Positions 7,905-18,616 are shown, numbered from the stretch's first letter. The stretch: DNA of 49,269 bases from Acidobacteriaceae bacterium (GCA_025449575.1 JANWJB010000024.1:1-49269), one strand, 5' to 3'. Notes: a model not told the origin generated them from the letters alone. A program made the numbers and translations.

Positions 7905-9779
7905 CTAATGCTGGTCCTTCAGCGCGGCAGTGCGCGCATCGTTAGAACCTCCTCGCGAATGGCTTGAGCGGTGAGATGCCGAAGAGGACGCGTGGGTTGA
8001 GTTCTGATGCTTGCGAGAAGAGGAGTCGTGACTGGTCGTGGCCCCGCGCTTCGTCGTCCGTTTGGACTGGCGGGAATGCCGCGACCTGACGATCCGGGCC
8101 GGCTCGCTTACGTAAAGCGTCCTGCCCGCCCGGAGCACATGGGAGCGTAGCCGGTTCCATTCCCGAAGTTGCTGCACGGTGATGTCAAAGCGGTCGGCGA
8201 TGGTTATCAGCGTATCCCCGTGGCGAACCCGGTAGGCGGTGCGCCGCGCGCCGGTCCGCCAAGTCGTAGCCGGAGGTACAGGGATCACCAGGGAGTCGGT
8301 TCCGGCCAAGGCGTCTCCAGGCTGCATCTGGTTGACGAAGGCGATCTCAGATGGGGTCACGTGGTAATCGCGGGCAATGCCCGCCAGCGTCTCTCCCGGC
8401 TGAACCACATGAAATCTCCACGAATCCCTCTTGCCCAGGGGACTTTCAGCGATGCGTTGCTCAAACAGCGCTTTGCTGCCGGCAGGGAGGCGCAGATCGA
8501 ATGATTGGCCGGGAGGGGTGCTCAAGCGCAGCAGGCTGGGGTTCAGGTCGCTGATCTCCTCGACCGTAGCCCCCACCAGATCGGCGACGAGGTGGAGATT
8601 TATCTGGTAATCCGTTGTGACCGTATCCGCGGCCAAAGGGGGGTCGGGAGCAATGGAATCCAAGCCGTACTGCTTGGGGTTCTTGGCGATGATCGCCGCC
8701 GCGATGATGATGGGGACATAGTTCTTGGTTTCCTGCGGGAGCACTCCCCGGTGATAGAGCTCCCAGAAATCGGCATAGCCGGTCCGCTGCACCGCGCGCT
8801 GCACCTTGCCCGTGCCCCAATCGTAAGCGGCCATGGCGAGATACCAGTTTCCCAACTGGCTGTATAGCTCCTTCATGTACTTGGCATAGGCGATGGTGGA
8901 TTTCTCGGGGTCAAAACGCTCATCTACCCAACTGTTGCGCTCCAGGCCGTAGTCATCGTAAGGCATGAATTGCCACATGCCCCGCGCTCCGGAGCGAGAG
9001 TTCACGGCCCGCGGTTGGAAACCCGATTCGGCGACTGCCTGATAGATGAGATCCTGGGGCAGGCCCTGCTGCGCGAGGATCCGCGAGATCATATCGTGGT
9101 AACGATTGGCGCGCTCCAGTGCGTGAACAAGGGTGCCGCGGCCGCGCGAGGAGAAATACGCGATATAGCTGGCGACCGGATCATTGATCACCAGAGGGAG
9201 ATCCGATCGGGTGGTCTTGAGCTCGGCAATGGCCTCCGCCTTGATCGCCGGGTTGACGGGGAAGGTTACGTCGTTGGCGATATCCACCGGCGATGGCTCG
9301 GTCTTGGGAGAAAAGCCGTTGCCCTGCTTCAGCGCTTCCATCTCCAGTCCGTTGATTTCATCCACGACGCGGTTGAACTCGTCGTCCAGGACGGCATCCT
9401 TTTTCAGGTCAAAATGGCTGGTGAGCATCAGATCGACGGCGTGGTCGAAGTCGGTCCGCGCCGCCTGCATCTCGCCATTCCGATAGTGCGCGGTGCCGCT
9501 GGCGTAGGCGGATTCTACAGCGTCAATCAGAGCCTGTTCGGATGGTTTAGCGGCGGGATTCGAGGGCGTGGAGGAAGATGGACTCGACGGGTGGCTCGCG
9601 GAGCCCGCCGATGCGGCCGGGGCCCGCACGGAAGACATTGCCGCCGGCGCGGAGGCCTGTTGCGGCGGCTTTGCCGCCTTTGCGGAGCTGTTGTTGGCAG
9701 GGCAACCAGCCAGCGCTAAGACCATGAAGGAAAGCGCAGGAAGTGCGAAAACCGGCGTGCCTGCTTTGCGAAAGCCCAT
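7905..9779 (-). CDS. membrane-bound lytic murein transglycosylase D-like lipoprotein (SLT domain + 2 LysM)
   Basis: ORF trimmed to ATG 9779, giving lipoprotein signal MGFRKAGTPVFALPALSFMVLALAGC. SLT motif ESGFQPRAVNSRSGARGMWQFMP. Two LysM repeats (HVVQPGETLAGIARDYHVTPSEI; YRVRHGDTLITIADRFDITVQQL). Ser/His/Arg-rich C-terminal tail. Confidence 0.85.
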   Translation of the reverse strand: MGFRKAGTPVFALPALSFMVLALAGCPANNSSAKAAKPPQQASAPAAMSSVRAPAASAGSASHPSSPSSSTPSNPAAKPSEQALIDAVESAYASGTAHYRNGEMQAARTDFDHAVDLMLTSHFDLKKDAVLDDEFNRVVDEINGLEMEALKQGNGFSPKTEPSPVDIANDVTFPVNPAIKAEAIAELKTTRSDLPLVINDPVASYIAYFSSRGRGTLVHALERANRYHDMISRILAQQGLPQDLIYQAVAESGFQPRAVNSRSGARGMWQFMPYDDYGLERNSWVDERFDPEKSTIAYAKYMKELYSQLGNWYLAMAAYDWGTGKVQRAVQRTGYADFWELYHRGVLPQETKNYVPIIIAAAIIAKNPKQYGLDSIAPDPPLAADTVTTDYQINLHLVADLVGATVEEISDLNPSLLRLSTPPGQSFDLRLPAGSKALFEQRIAESPLGKRDSWRFHVVQPGETLAGIARDYHVTPSEIAFVNQMQPGDALAGTDSLVIPVPPATTWRTGARRTAYRVRHGDTLITIADRFDITVQQLREWNRLRSHVLRAGRTLYVSEPARIVRSRHSRQSKRTTKRGATTSHDSSSRKHQNSTHASSSASHRSSHSRGGSNDARTAALKDQH

Positions 9780-10027
9780 GGAAAACAAAATGCTATTCCG
9801 TTTCGATATCGATGACAGGCGTTGGAGTTGAAGCCGGAGCTCCCCAACGTCTGCTGTCAAGCGGTCTTGCCGCGGCTGTGGAATGCTGAGCGCTCGGAGG
9901 ACCTTGCCACCCACCCAATTGTATTGCCGGAGGGCTCCCGAGCGAATGATAAGATCAGAAATCGGCCCACGAAAGCAACTCACCGGAAGATCTCAAGCCT
10001 CCCATCACGCCTCGCCGGCGCTCCTGC

Positions 10028-11839
10028 ATGGATAGCAAACACATCCGTAATTTCGCCATCATCGCCCACATCGACCACGGCAAGTCCACGCTTTCCGACC
10101 GCTTGCTGGAGTTGACTGGTTCGGTAACCCTGCGCGAGATGCACGACCAGGTTTTGGACGATATGGACCTGGAGCGGGAGCGGGGCATCACCATCAAGGC
10201 GCACGCTGTGCGCATGAACTACCATGCCGACGATGGCGAGGTCTATCAACTCAATCTCATCGATACTCCGGGACACGTCGATTTCTCCTACGAGGTCTCT
10301 CGCGCCCTGGCCTCCTGCGAAGGGGCCTTGCTGGTGGTGGATGCCTCGCAGGGGGTGGAGGCCCAGACCCTGGCCAATGCCTATCTGGCTATCAATCACG
10401 GCTTGGATATGGTCCCAGTCATCAACAAAATCGATTTGCCCAGTGCGGACGTGCTGCGCACCCAGGAGATGATCGAGTCCACCGTCGGGATTGATGCCAC
10501 CGACGCCCTCCCCGTGAGCGCCAAGACCGGTTTGGGCGTGGAGGCGGTGCTGGAGGCCGTGGTGAAGCGCCTGCCGCCACCCACGGGCAATCCGGAAGCA
10601 CCTCTGCAGGCCCTGATCTTCGACTCCTGGTTCGATTCCTATCGCGGCGTGATCGTTCTGGTCCGCGTGATGCACGGGCGGCTGCGTAAGGGCATGAAGA
10701 TCCGACTCATGTCCAACGGGCACGTCTTCGACGTGGACTCTCTGGGCGTGCTGACTCCCAAACCCGTTGAGATAGCGGAGTTGTCGGCGGGCGAGGTTGG
10801 GTTCTTCTCCGCCACCATCAAGAATGTTGGGGACACTAAAATCGGCGATACGGTCACCGAGGACTCCCGCCCCGCGCCCGCCGCGCTGCCCGGCTTTGAA
10901 GATATCAAGCCCATGGTCTTCGCCGGCATGTACACCGTGGACTCGCATGAGCACACGCTGCTGCGCGACGCTCTGGAAAAACTCCGGCTCAACGATTCCT
11001 CATTCTTTTTTGAGCCGGAGAGCTCGGTTGCGCTGGGCTTCGGTTTTCGCTGCGGCTTTCTAGGGCTGCTGCACATGGAGATTATCCAGGAGCGGCTGGA
11101 GCGGGAGTTTAGCCTGGATCTAATTACTACGGCCCCGGGCGTGCGCTATCGCATTACTCTCACCGACGGCTCCGTCGTCGAGGTGGACAATCCATCGCGC
11201 TGGCCCGATGTGAGCGGAATCGAAAAGATCGAAGAACCGGTGATCACCGCAACCATCCTGACCAACGAGGAATACGTGGGTGGCATCCTCAAGCTCGTGG
11301 AGGAGAAACGCGGTCGGCAGAAAAACTTCGAATATGCCACTCCCACCCGCGTCATGCTGACCTACGAACTGCCGCTCAACGAGATCGTTCTAGACTTCTA
11401 CGACCGGTTAAAGACCGTCTCGCGCGGCTATGCCTCCTTGGATTACCAGCTTGCCGGATCCTGGGAGTCGCCCATGGTGAAGCTGGACATCCTGGTGTCA
11501 GGCGAGCCGGTCGATGCGCTCTCCATCATCGTCCATCGTGACTTTGCTTATGAGCGTGGCCGGGCGCTGGTGTCAAAAATGCGGGAGCTCATCCCCCGCC
11601 AAATGTTCGAAGTCGCCATTCAAGCCGCGATCGGAGCCAAGATCGTGGCACGGGAAACCGTCTCGGCGCTGCGCAAGAACGTGCTGGCCAAGTGCTATGG
11701 CGGCGACATCAGCCGAAAGCGAAAGCTGCTCGAGAAGCAAAAGGAAGGCAAGAAGCGGATGAAACGCATCGGCAAGGTTGACATCCCCCAGGAGGCGTTT
11801 TTGGCGCTGCTCAAGCTGGGAGACGATCCGGCAAAATAG
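10028..11839 (+). CDS. lepA: translation elongation factor 4
   Basis: [36 protein letters not shown]-motifs. Full-length LepA C-terminal domain. Confidence 0.97.
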   Translation: MDSKHIRNFAIIAHIDHGKSTLSDRLLELTGSVTLREMHDQVLDDMDLERERGITIKAHAVRMNYHADDGEVYQLNLIDTPGHVDFSYEVSRALASCEGALLVVDASQGVEAQTLANAYLAINHGLDMVPVINKIDLPSADVLRTQEMIESTVGIDATDALPVSAKTGLGVEAVLEAVVKRLPPPTGNPEAPLQALIFDSWFDSYRGVIVLVRVMHGRLRKGMKIRLMSNGHVFDVDSLGVLTPKPVEIAELSAGEVGFFSATIKNVGDTKIGDTVTEDSRPAPAALPGFEDIKPMVFAGMYTVDSHEHTLLRDALEKLRLNDSSFFFEPESSVALGFGFRCGFLGLLHMEIIQERLEREFSLDLITTAPGVRYRITLTDGSVVEVDNPSRWPDVSGIEKIEEPVITATILTNEEYVGGILKLVEEKRGRQKNFEYATPTRVMLTYELPLNEIVLDFYDRLKTVSRGYASLDYQLAGSWESPMVKLDILVSGEPVDALSIIVHRDFAYERGRALVSKMRELIPRQMFEVAIQAAIGAKIVARETVSALRKNVLAKCYGGDISRKRKLLEKQKEGKKRMKRIGKVDIPQEAFLALLKLGDDPAK

Positions 11840-12120
11840 AGGGGATCTATCGGGCTTCGGAGAAAATTCATTAACCCTGCACTGTGGAAACCTGCTTACG
11901 GAGGTAACTTCCTTGGTGCAGGGAAATCTTCTTCGGCTTGGCGCGATACCCCCTCTTAAGTCGCTGAATCCAAGCCGGTTCCCAGGAAAATCCTGGACTG
12001 CGCAAAATTCCCAAGGATGACCCTTGGACAGCGCCGGATTGCAGGGCTGAAGCTTCCACAGTTTTTTCCACAGGCTCAGCCCCCGATTTTCGGTGCTTAG
12101 CTTGCGGGGAATCGCAGCGC

Positions 12121-12161
12121 GGAAAAGCTCATCCCCGGCAGAGGTTGATCTGCCGGGGATG
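12121..12161 (-). terminator. intrinsic terminator after the bamA-skp gene string
   Basis: Perfect 13-bp stem CATCCCCGGCAGA / TCTGCCGGGGATG (12130..12142, 12149..12161) with a 6-nt loop. On the minus strand it is followed by GAGCTTTTCC. It lies 20 nt past the skp stop. Confidence 0.6.
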
Positions 12162-12181
12162 GGATGCCCTTTCGATTGGGC

Positions 12182-12880
12182 TTACTGCGGTCTGGTGGTC
12201 GTTTTTCCGCCGGACCTGCCGGCGCCGGGCCGGGAGGTGGAGCGGGGCGCAGGAGCCGGAGCGGCCGTTGCCGCGGGAGCCGGAACCCCGGACTTCGTGT
12301 TGTACGCGTCGATCACTGCCTTGGTGATGTCGGTTCCCGGGCTGAACCAGAGAATAGGAGACTGCACGTTCTGCTGCGGCGTGCCGTCCAGAACCAAGGT
12401 GTATCCGTGGTCCTTGGCGTAAGTCTGAAGAACCGCATAGACCTTTTGCGCCAACGCTGTGAAGGCGTCGTTATAGTCGGAGCTCATGTCGGTCTGAGCA
12501 TCCTGCGCCTGGCGCTGCAAGTCCTTAGTCTTATCGTCGATCGTCCTCTGGCGGGTCGCGCGGTCGGCATCGCTCAGAGTGGAGTCCTTGTCCTGAAGGT
12601 CCTTTTTAAGCGCGTCGATCTGGTCCTGCTCATTTTTTAGAGCGGTTTCCTTCGGCGCGTATTTGGTCCGGATGGCTCCAAAGTTGCGCTGGCCCTCGTT
12701 GGTCGCAATGACCGCTTGCTGAAAGCCGATCACAGCCACCTTGGCGGGGCCGACTGGGGCCGCGGTACCGGCGGGAAGGGGCGCGGATGGCGGCTCGGTT
12801 TGGGCGGAAAGGGCGGGGACGGCGGAGCCCGCGGCCAAGAGTGACGCGAGCGCACAAACAACGGTTAGCGAATGCTTCAT
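12182..12880 (-). CDS. skp: OmpH/Skp-family periplasmic chaperone (copy 1)
   Basis: Signal peptide MKHSLTVVCALASLLAAGSAVPALSAQ. Coiled-coil OmpH core (KETALKNEQDQIDALKKDLQDK...). Located downstream of bamA. Pro/Ala-rich basic tail. Confidence 0.85.
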   Translation of the reverse strand: MKHSLTVVCALASLLAAGSAVPALSAQTEPPSAPLPAGTAAPVGPAKVAVIGFQQAVIATNEGQRNFGAIRTKYAPKETALKNEQDQIDALKKDLQDKDSTLSDADRATRQRTIDDKTKDLQRQAQDAQTDMSSDYNDAFTALAQKVYAVLQTYAKDHGYTLVLDGTPQQNVQSPILWFSPGTDITKAVIDAYNTKSGVPAPAATAAPAPAPRSTSRPGAGRSGGKTTTRPQ

Positions 12881-13071
12881 TGGAATAGAAGACTCCTTAA
12901 ATTCATCGAGCCGATTGCATACGCTTACAGCACCTTACACCCGGGAGTGCCGCAGCATCTGCAGCCGTGCCCGCGAAAGCAGATATTCCGGATGAAATGG
13001 CGGCATACCGGCCAGATTCGCTGCCATTTCAAGAATGCTATGGGCGCCGCGTCCCGAAGCGGCGCCGCGAA

Positions 13072-13737
13072 TTACTGCGGTTTGGGCCGGGCGCCGGTGC
13101 GCGGAGCGGAGCGCGGCGCTGTGTGCGCAGGAGCCGCAGTTGCCGCGGGAGCCGGAACTCCGGATTTCGCGTTATAGGCGTCGATTACCGCCTTCGTGAT
13201 GTCCGTTCCCTGACCGAACCACAGGATGGGGGACTGAGAGTTCTGCCGCGGCGTGCCGTCGAGAACCAGCGTGTATCCCTGCTGCTTGGCATAAGAATCC
13301 AGAACAGCCCCAACCTTTGGCGCAAGCGTGGAGTAGGCGTCTTGCATCTGGGAGTTCATGTCGTTCTGATCGTCTTCCGCCTCGCGCTGCAGGGTCTTCG
13401 TCTTCTCGTCGATGGTCTTCAGGCGGGCATTGCGGTCGGCATCGGTTAATGTCGAGCCTTTGTCCTGCAGTTCCTTCTTGAGAGCGTCAATCTGGCTGTT
13501 CTCGGATTTGAGCGCCGTTTCTTTGGGCTGAAACTTGGCCTGGATTGAGGCGAAGGTACGGCGCCCCTCATTGGTGGCCAGGACGGCCTGTTCAAAGCCG
13601 ATCACTGCAATCTTGCTGGGACCCGCCTGCGAGCCAGAAGGAGATGATGCTCCAGTCTGGGCGGAAAAAGCGGGAAGGGCGAAGCCCACGGCCATCATGG
13701 ACGCGAGCGTGCAAACGACGGTGAACGAACGCTTCAT
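13072..13737 (-). CDS. skp: OmpH/Skp-family periplasmic chaperone (copy 2)
   Basis: ORF 13072..13938 trimmed to ATG 13737 (MKRSFTVVCTLASMMAVGFALPAFSAQ). Roughly two-thirds identical to copy 1 by eye. The same AAGGAG-containing leader precedes both copies. Confidence 0.85.
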   Translation of the reverse strand: MKRSFTVVCTLASMMAVGFALPAFSAQTGASSPSGSQAGPSKIAVIGFEQAVLATNEGRRTFASIQAKFQPKETALKSENSQIDALKKELQDKGSTLTDADRNARLKTIDEKTKTLQREAEDDQNDMNSQMQDAYSTLAPKVGAVLDSYAKQQGYTLVLDGTPRQNSQSPILWFGQGTDITKAVIDAYNAKSGVPAPAATAAPAHTAPRSAPRTGARPKPQ

Positions 13738-13968
13738 TGGAATGGAGAACTCCTTAAACTCATCGATCCGGATTGCCCGCGCCAACCCCGGAAAGCGATC
13801 CATCGCTTCCACTTCCTCCTCGCGTGTCGAGGGTGAGGCCGTCTGTCCAGGGAGATGGCAGGATCGGTTGAAGAAAGCATGGACAGAATACTTCTCGGGA
13901 ACTGAACGCATTATAGGAGGGGGCCGGAACAGCGTCAACGGAGCCTCGTTGCTGTTGGCGGCCGCACC

Positions 13969-16962
13969 CTAGAAGGTTGTGCTCACTGTCAGCCGGAAGG
14001 TCTTTCTCGGCTCACGGAATTGCAAAAAGGAGTTGTATGCCTGGATAGCCTGGGCATAGGTATAGTCGCCCGCTCCCCCGGCCGGGAACATGCTGCGCGT
14101 GATCAGGCTCTCTCCCTGCACGTTCTCGTAAAGGCGTAGCGGGTTATAGGCGTAATAAAGGCGGAAGGGAGCGTTAACGATGGGCAGCATGACGTCCACC
14201 TCGCCGCCCACCGACATTCGCGGTACCCAGTTGGTTCCTGGGATGGGCCGGATGCGGTTGATGAACTGGATCTTCTGACCGCCCTGGCATGCGCCGTTGA
14301 AGTAGGAGGTGCAGCCATAGAGCGGAGCGTTAAGCTCGTCGGCGCCTTCCACGCTCTGGATAAGCTGGCTCTTGCGGACGACGGGGTCCAGTCCAAAGTC
14401 GTCAAACACCAGAAAACTGACGTGCCCGGAAATGGGGATACGGTATTCCAAGTTGGTCGTGAGCTGCATATCCCCGCCCACCGATACCGGCCGGTAGATG
14501 GGAATCGGAATCTTGATGTTGCCCAGGGTGTAGTTGTTGGGATCGATGGGCACCGGGTTTCCATCCGGGCTGAGCAACGTCATGTCGAACCGCACGGGAA
14601 TGAAGGCATAGGGGGTGACGGCGCGAACATCGAATCCGCGGATATCGTTCTCGCCACCGGCGTAAAAGCGATTCATCGGAGGCGCAACGGCGCCGCCGAA
14701 GCCCTGGACGTAGGAGCCCTGGACGCGAAGCGCCACTACATTGTGACCTTCTTTGTTCAGCTTGATTCCCTGGACCGCCACATATTTCTTATAGGTCACC
14801 ACGGGCTGGATGTAGCGAACGCTGCCCCAGATGCCGGCGACTTGAACTACCGCAGTCAGGTCGTGGCCATAGCGCGGCCGGAACATATTTGGGCCCACCT
14901 TGTTCTCTTCATAGCTGAAAGAGGCCATGCTGGTATATATGCCTTTCAAGGCATTTGGTCCTTGGATTTGGCCGCTGCGGAAGGCCAGCGTCTGGAAGAG
15001 GTTCGCTGATGCCTGGCTGAAGGTGGTAATCGACGACTTGGTCCACTGATAGGTCAAGCCCACCCGTTTGAACGAACGGCCGTGCAGCGGATAGCTGATG
15101 GAGAAGTTCATTCCCGTTTGCGACTGGTTGTAGTTCTGAACCAGTGACTGTTGGGCCTGGCTGAGGTTGGCCGACTGGCCGGTCACCGCGTAGTTGCGGG
15201 CGGAATTGTAATCGAACTTGTTGGCAAAGAGCTGGAAGCCAAGGCTGAGCGGCCGGTTGTGCAGATAAGGCTCAGTGAAGCCGAAGAGCACGTTACGCTG
15301 CTGGTTCCCCAGGTTGCCCTGCAGGCTCAGCGTTTCGCCTAGACCGAGGAAGTTGTTGGTCTGGTAGTTCAGGCCCAGGAAGGCTCCATTAAAGCCGCTG
15401 ACCCCGCCATTTAGACCGATGGAGTTCTTTCCCTTCTCGTGCACCTTCAGCAGCAGTGAAACGGTGCCGTTCTCCGGATCCTGATGCACTTCGGAGTCCT
15501 GATCGACTTTGAGAGGATCGAAGTAGTCGAGCTGGTTGAGGCGCAGCAGACTCTCCTCCCAAAGATTGCTGTTGTAGCGGTCACCTTCGGAGAGCATCAA
15601 CTCGCGGCGAATTACCCTGTCGCGAGTAATCGTGTTGCCCTGGAACTCAATCCGGGAGACGTAAAAAGGCTTGCCTTCGTCGATATTGATGTCCAGGTAG
15701 ACCAAGTGCTTTGCCTCGTCGATGCGGGGCGTGGGCACGGAGGTGAAGTTGATGTAGCCCAGGGTTCCATAGGCCTTACGCAGATTCTCCAGGCCCTTGC
15801 CGACTGCCGTTGCGTTGAACCACTCGCCGTCCTTGACAGCAAACTGGGAGCGCAAAGCCTTCACGTTACTGACCGCATGATTTCCGGTGAAGGTAATGCC
15901 GCCCAGCCGGTACCGCTCCCCCTCTTCGAGCGGGATTCGGATGTCGATGCTCTTGCCTTTGCGGGGACGGAAGGTGAACAGCGAGATGCCTCCCTCGCTG
16001 CGAATGCGGGTGATCGGCTCGCCTACCTCGCCGCGGAAATACCCCTTGTCCTGCAGGGCGCGCCGTACGCGCTCCGTATCCTCTTCGAGCTTGCTGGCGT
16101 CATAGGTGCGCGCAAAGAGGTTCTCCAGGAAAATGGAGTGCGGAATCCCGATTGGCCGCAGGTTCTTCATTGACTCGCGAAGGTAGCGCGAGCTTACCGT
16201 CGTATTGCCTGTAAAGGTGATTTTTCCCACCTTCACCACCGGCCCTTCCTTGACGTGGAAGGTAAGGGAGACGGAAGCGGGAGGAATCTTCTTGACCTCC
16301 GGACGAACGGTGGCGAACTGATGGCCATGTTCGGCCAGCATCTCCCGGATCACATCGATGGCGTGCGCCAAACGGGCAGGGTCGTACTGGCTCTCCGGAG
16401 TGAGCCCTACATGCTCCTTCTTGAAGGCGGCCAGCAGATCCGATTGCGTGACGGAATTCAGGCCCGGATAGGTGATGTCGCGAATCGTCGGGCGCTCGGT
16501 GACGATGATGTCCAGCAGGATGCCCTTGGCCGTGTCCTCGCGCTCGATTCTGAGATTAGAGAAATAGCCCGTATTCCACAGTGAGTTGAAGTCGCGCTCA
16601 ATCGCCGCTTGGTCATAGGTGTCTCCCACATGCGTGAAGAGACGGGCCAGGATGGTTTCCTTCGGAATGCGGCGGTTGCCGATGACGCGGATCTCGGTGA
16701 TGACATTTTGCTGGGCCCAGGCGGCCATGCTAACCGAGCAAACGAGAAGCAGGACGGCGGCGCTCAAGATGCGGGAAAAAATCAGCCGCACAGCTTTGCT
16801 TTTCAAAGGCTGGAAGCCGGAGCTCCCTGGGTTCGCGGGAAGAATAGGCACACCCTCACTGCTGAAAGTCAGATCCTGGTCGAGGAAATAGCGATTATAT
16901 GTGACGGAAGGGTCAGTTCCCAACTTCGGACCCCCGTCCCGGCCGCGCAGACGCGCCGTCAC
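13969..16962 (-). CDS. bamA: outer membrane protein assembly factor BamA
   Basis: POTRA repeats (ITEIRVIGNRRIPKETI..., ITFTGNTTVS, ITFTGNHAVS, IEFQGNTITRDRVIRREL) plus a C-terminal beta-barrel ending ...FRLTVSTTF. The track start is a GTG overlapping the frr stop (GTGA). The signal peptide starts only ~55 aa later, so TTG 16806 or GTG 16791 may be the true start. Confidence 0.92.
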   Translation of the reverse strand: MTARLRGRDGGPKLGTDPSVTYNRYFLDQDLTFSSEGVPILPANPGSSGFQPLKSKAVRLIFSRILSAAVLLLVCSVSMAAWAQQNVITEIRVIGNRRIPKETILARLFTHVGDTYDQAAIERDFNSLWNTGYFSNLRIEREDTAKGILLDIIVTERPTIRDITYPGLNSVTQSDLLAAFKKEHVGLTPESQYDPARLAHAIDVIREMLAEHGHQFATVRPEVKKIPPASVSLTFHVKEGPVVKVGKITFTGNTTVSSRYLRESMKNLRPIGIPHSIFLENLFARTYDASKLEEDTERVRRALQDKGYFRGEVGEPITRIRSEGGISLFTFRPRKGKSIDIRIPLEEGERYRLGGITFTGNHAVSNVKALRSQFAVKDGEWFNATAVGKGLENLRKAYGTLGYINFTSVPTPRIDEAKHLVYLDINIDEGKPFYVSRIEFQGNTITRDRVIRRELMLSEGDRYNSNLWEESLLRLNQLDYFDPLKVDQDSEVHQDPENGTVSLLLKVHEKGKNSIGLNGGVSGFNGAFLGLNYQTNNFLGLGETLSLQGNLGNQQRNVLFGFTEPYLHNRPLSLGFQLFANKFDYNSARNYAVTGQSANLSQAQQSLVQNYNQSQTGMNFSISYPLHGRSFKRVGLTYQWTKSSITTFSQASANLFQTLAFRSGQIQGPNALKGIYTSMASFSYEENKVGPNMFRPRYGHDLTAVVQVAGIWGSVRYIQPVVTYKKYVAVQGIKLNKEGHNVVALRVQGSYVQGFGGAVAPPMNRFYAGGENDIRGFDVRAVTPYAFIPVRFDMTLLSPDGNPVPIDPNNYTLGNIKIPIPIYRPVSVGGDMQLTTNLEYRIPISGHVSFLVFDDFGLDPVVRKSQLIQSVEGADELNAPLYGCTSYFNGACQGGQKIQFINRIRPIPGTNWVPRMSVGGEVDVMLPIVNAPFRLYYAYNPLRLYENVQGESLITRSMFPAGGAGDYTYAQAIQAYNSFLQFREPRKTFRLTVSTTF

Positions 16963-17546
16963 ACCTGAAGAACTTCCTTTTCTTTGTTCTTGCCCATCTC
17001 GTCGATACGCCGGATCTCATCATCGGTCAATTTTTGCATCTCCTCCAGCGACCGCCGCTCTTCGTCTTCGGAGATCTTTTTTTCCTTGGCAGCTTTCTTG
17101 ATGAAGTCGTTGCCGTCGCGACGCACATTGCGGATGCCGGTGCGGTGCTCCTCCAGCAACCGGTTGAGATGCTTTACGACTTCGCGCCGCCGCTCCTCGG
17201 TCATCGGAGGGACAGGCACCCGCACCACTTTACCGTCATTCTGCGGGTTGAAGCCCAAATCGGAGGATCGCAGCGCTTTCTCAATCTCCACGATGGTGCT
17301 GGGATCCCAGGGCTGAATCAGGATGAGGGTGGGATCGGGGGTGGTGACCTGCGCCACCTGGTTCAGCGGCGTCTCCGTCCCATAGCAGGATACCTTTATC
17401 TGATCCAGCATGTGGACGGAGGCACGCCCGGTACGCACCGAAGCCAGATTGTTACGCAGATCCCCGACGCTCTTTTCCATGCGCGTTTTAAGCTGCGCGT
17501 GGATGTCTTTGAGGGCGGGAATCCCCGCCATTACCGAAACCGCCAT
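16959..17546 (-). CDS. frr: ribosome recycling factor
   Basis: ORF 16959..17852 trimmed to ATG 17546. VRTGRASVHMLDQIKVSCYGTETPLNQVAQV, PVPPMTEERRREVVK, IRNVRRDGND match RRF along its full length. Confidence 0.95.
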   Translation of the reverse strand: MAVSVMAGIPALKDIHAQLKTRMEKSVGDLRNNLASVRTGRASVHMLDQIKVSCYGTETPLNQVAQVTTPDPTLILIQPWDPSTIVEIEKALRSSDLGFNPQNDGKVVRVPVPPMTEERRREVVKHLNRLLEEHRTGIRNVRRDGNDFIKKAAKEKKISEDEERRSLEEMQKLTDDEIRRIDEMGKNKEKEVLQV

Positions 17547-17619
17547 ATTTTTTTCTTCCCCATTCTTCATCGAGCGCGTGCTTCTGCGCCAAATTTCAAT
17601 CAGTGGAAAAGCCGTTCGT

Positions 17620-18525
17620 TTAGGCCGGAGGAGGCATCGCCGGCACCTGCTCGTGCGCGTGATACGACGAGCGCACCAACGGCCCCGATTCGACGTGGCG
17701 AAAGCCCATTTCGAGCGCCTCCCGGCGCATCGAGGTGAACTCCTGCGGGGTGTAATAGCGGGCCACGGGCAACTGATCCTTCGAGGGGCGGAGATACTGC
17801 CCCAAGGTGAGCACATCGACGCCGGCCGCCGCAAGATCGCGAAAGACGGCAAGCAGCTCGTGCATCTCCTCGCCCAGGCCGACCATCAGGCCGGATTTGG
17901 TCACCATCCTCGGCCGCAAGCTCTTCGCATATCGCAGCAGATCCAGCGTGCGCTCGTAGCGGGCTCCGGAGCGGACCGTCCGGTAGAGCCGGGGTACCGA
18001 CTCGGTGTTGTGGTTGAGAACTTCCGGGGCAGCCTCCGCCACCATGCGAATGGCATCATGATTGCCTTGAAAGTCGGGGATCAGAACTTCGACCCGGCAG
18101 CCCGGAGCCTGGCGGCGAATCTCCTCAATCACCAGAACGAAGGCGCGCGCTCCCCCCATCACGTCGTCGTCGCGATTCACGCTGGTGACGACGGCATGCT
18201 TCAGCTCTAAAGCGGCCACGGCCTCAGCCACGCGGCGCGGCTCGTCGAAATCAATGGCTTCAGGGCGGCCTTTGGGAACCGAGCAGAAGCCGCAGCGGCG
18301 AGTGCAGGCGTTGCCCAGCATCATGAACGTCGCCGTGCGATGATTCCAGCATTCGCCGATGTTGGGACAGCGCGCCGATTCGCAGACCGTATGCAGGTCC
18401 AAGGAGCGCGCCAGCCGCTTGAGCTCATGATAGTTCTCGCCCATCGGAGCGCGCGCCTTCAACCAATCCGGCTTGGGGGCAGGGCGGACAGGAAAAGCTT
18501 CGATCTGCACCAGATTTAAATCCAT
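17620..18525 (-). CDS. lipA: lipoyl synthase
   Basis: CESARCPNIGECWNHRTATFMMLGNACTRRCGFCSV carries both LipA cluster motifs. I prefer the start at ATG 18525 (MDLNLVQIE...KPDWLKARAP); ATG 18597 is possible. Confidence 0.95.
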   Translation of the reverse strand: MDLNLVQIEAFPVRPAPKPDWLKARAPMGENYHELKRLARSLDLHTVCESARCPNIGECWNHRTATFMMLGNACTRRCGFCSVPKGRPEAIDFDEPRRVAEAVAALELKHAVVTSVNRDDDVMGGARAFVLVIEEIRRQAPGCRVEVLIPDFQGNHDAIRMVAEAAPEVLNHNTESVPRLYRTVRSGARYERTLDLLRYAKSLRPRMVTKSGLMVGLGEEMHELLAVFRDLAAAGVDVLTLGQYLRPSKDQLPVARYYTPQEFTSMRREALEMGFRHVESGPLVRSSYHAHEQVPAMPPPA

Positions 18526-18616
18526 CACGGAACATTGTACGGCGTGGGGCGGCCGCCGAAAAACCGGCCTCTCCGGCAAGGGGATTCTGTGTTGCATCCG
18601 ATGGTGGAGTTCGAGA

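Noticed and set aside
11871-12071. 66-aa basic ORF, plus scattered short repeats (CTGTGGAA at 11882..11889; TTCCACAG at 12053..12060 and 12066..12073), in the 342-nt lepA/skp convergent gap.
   Set aside because: The ORF has no RBS or family resemblance. The 8-mers are too short to distinguish from chance. The gap is adequately explained by the terminators of the two flanking transcription units.
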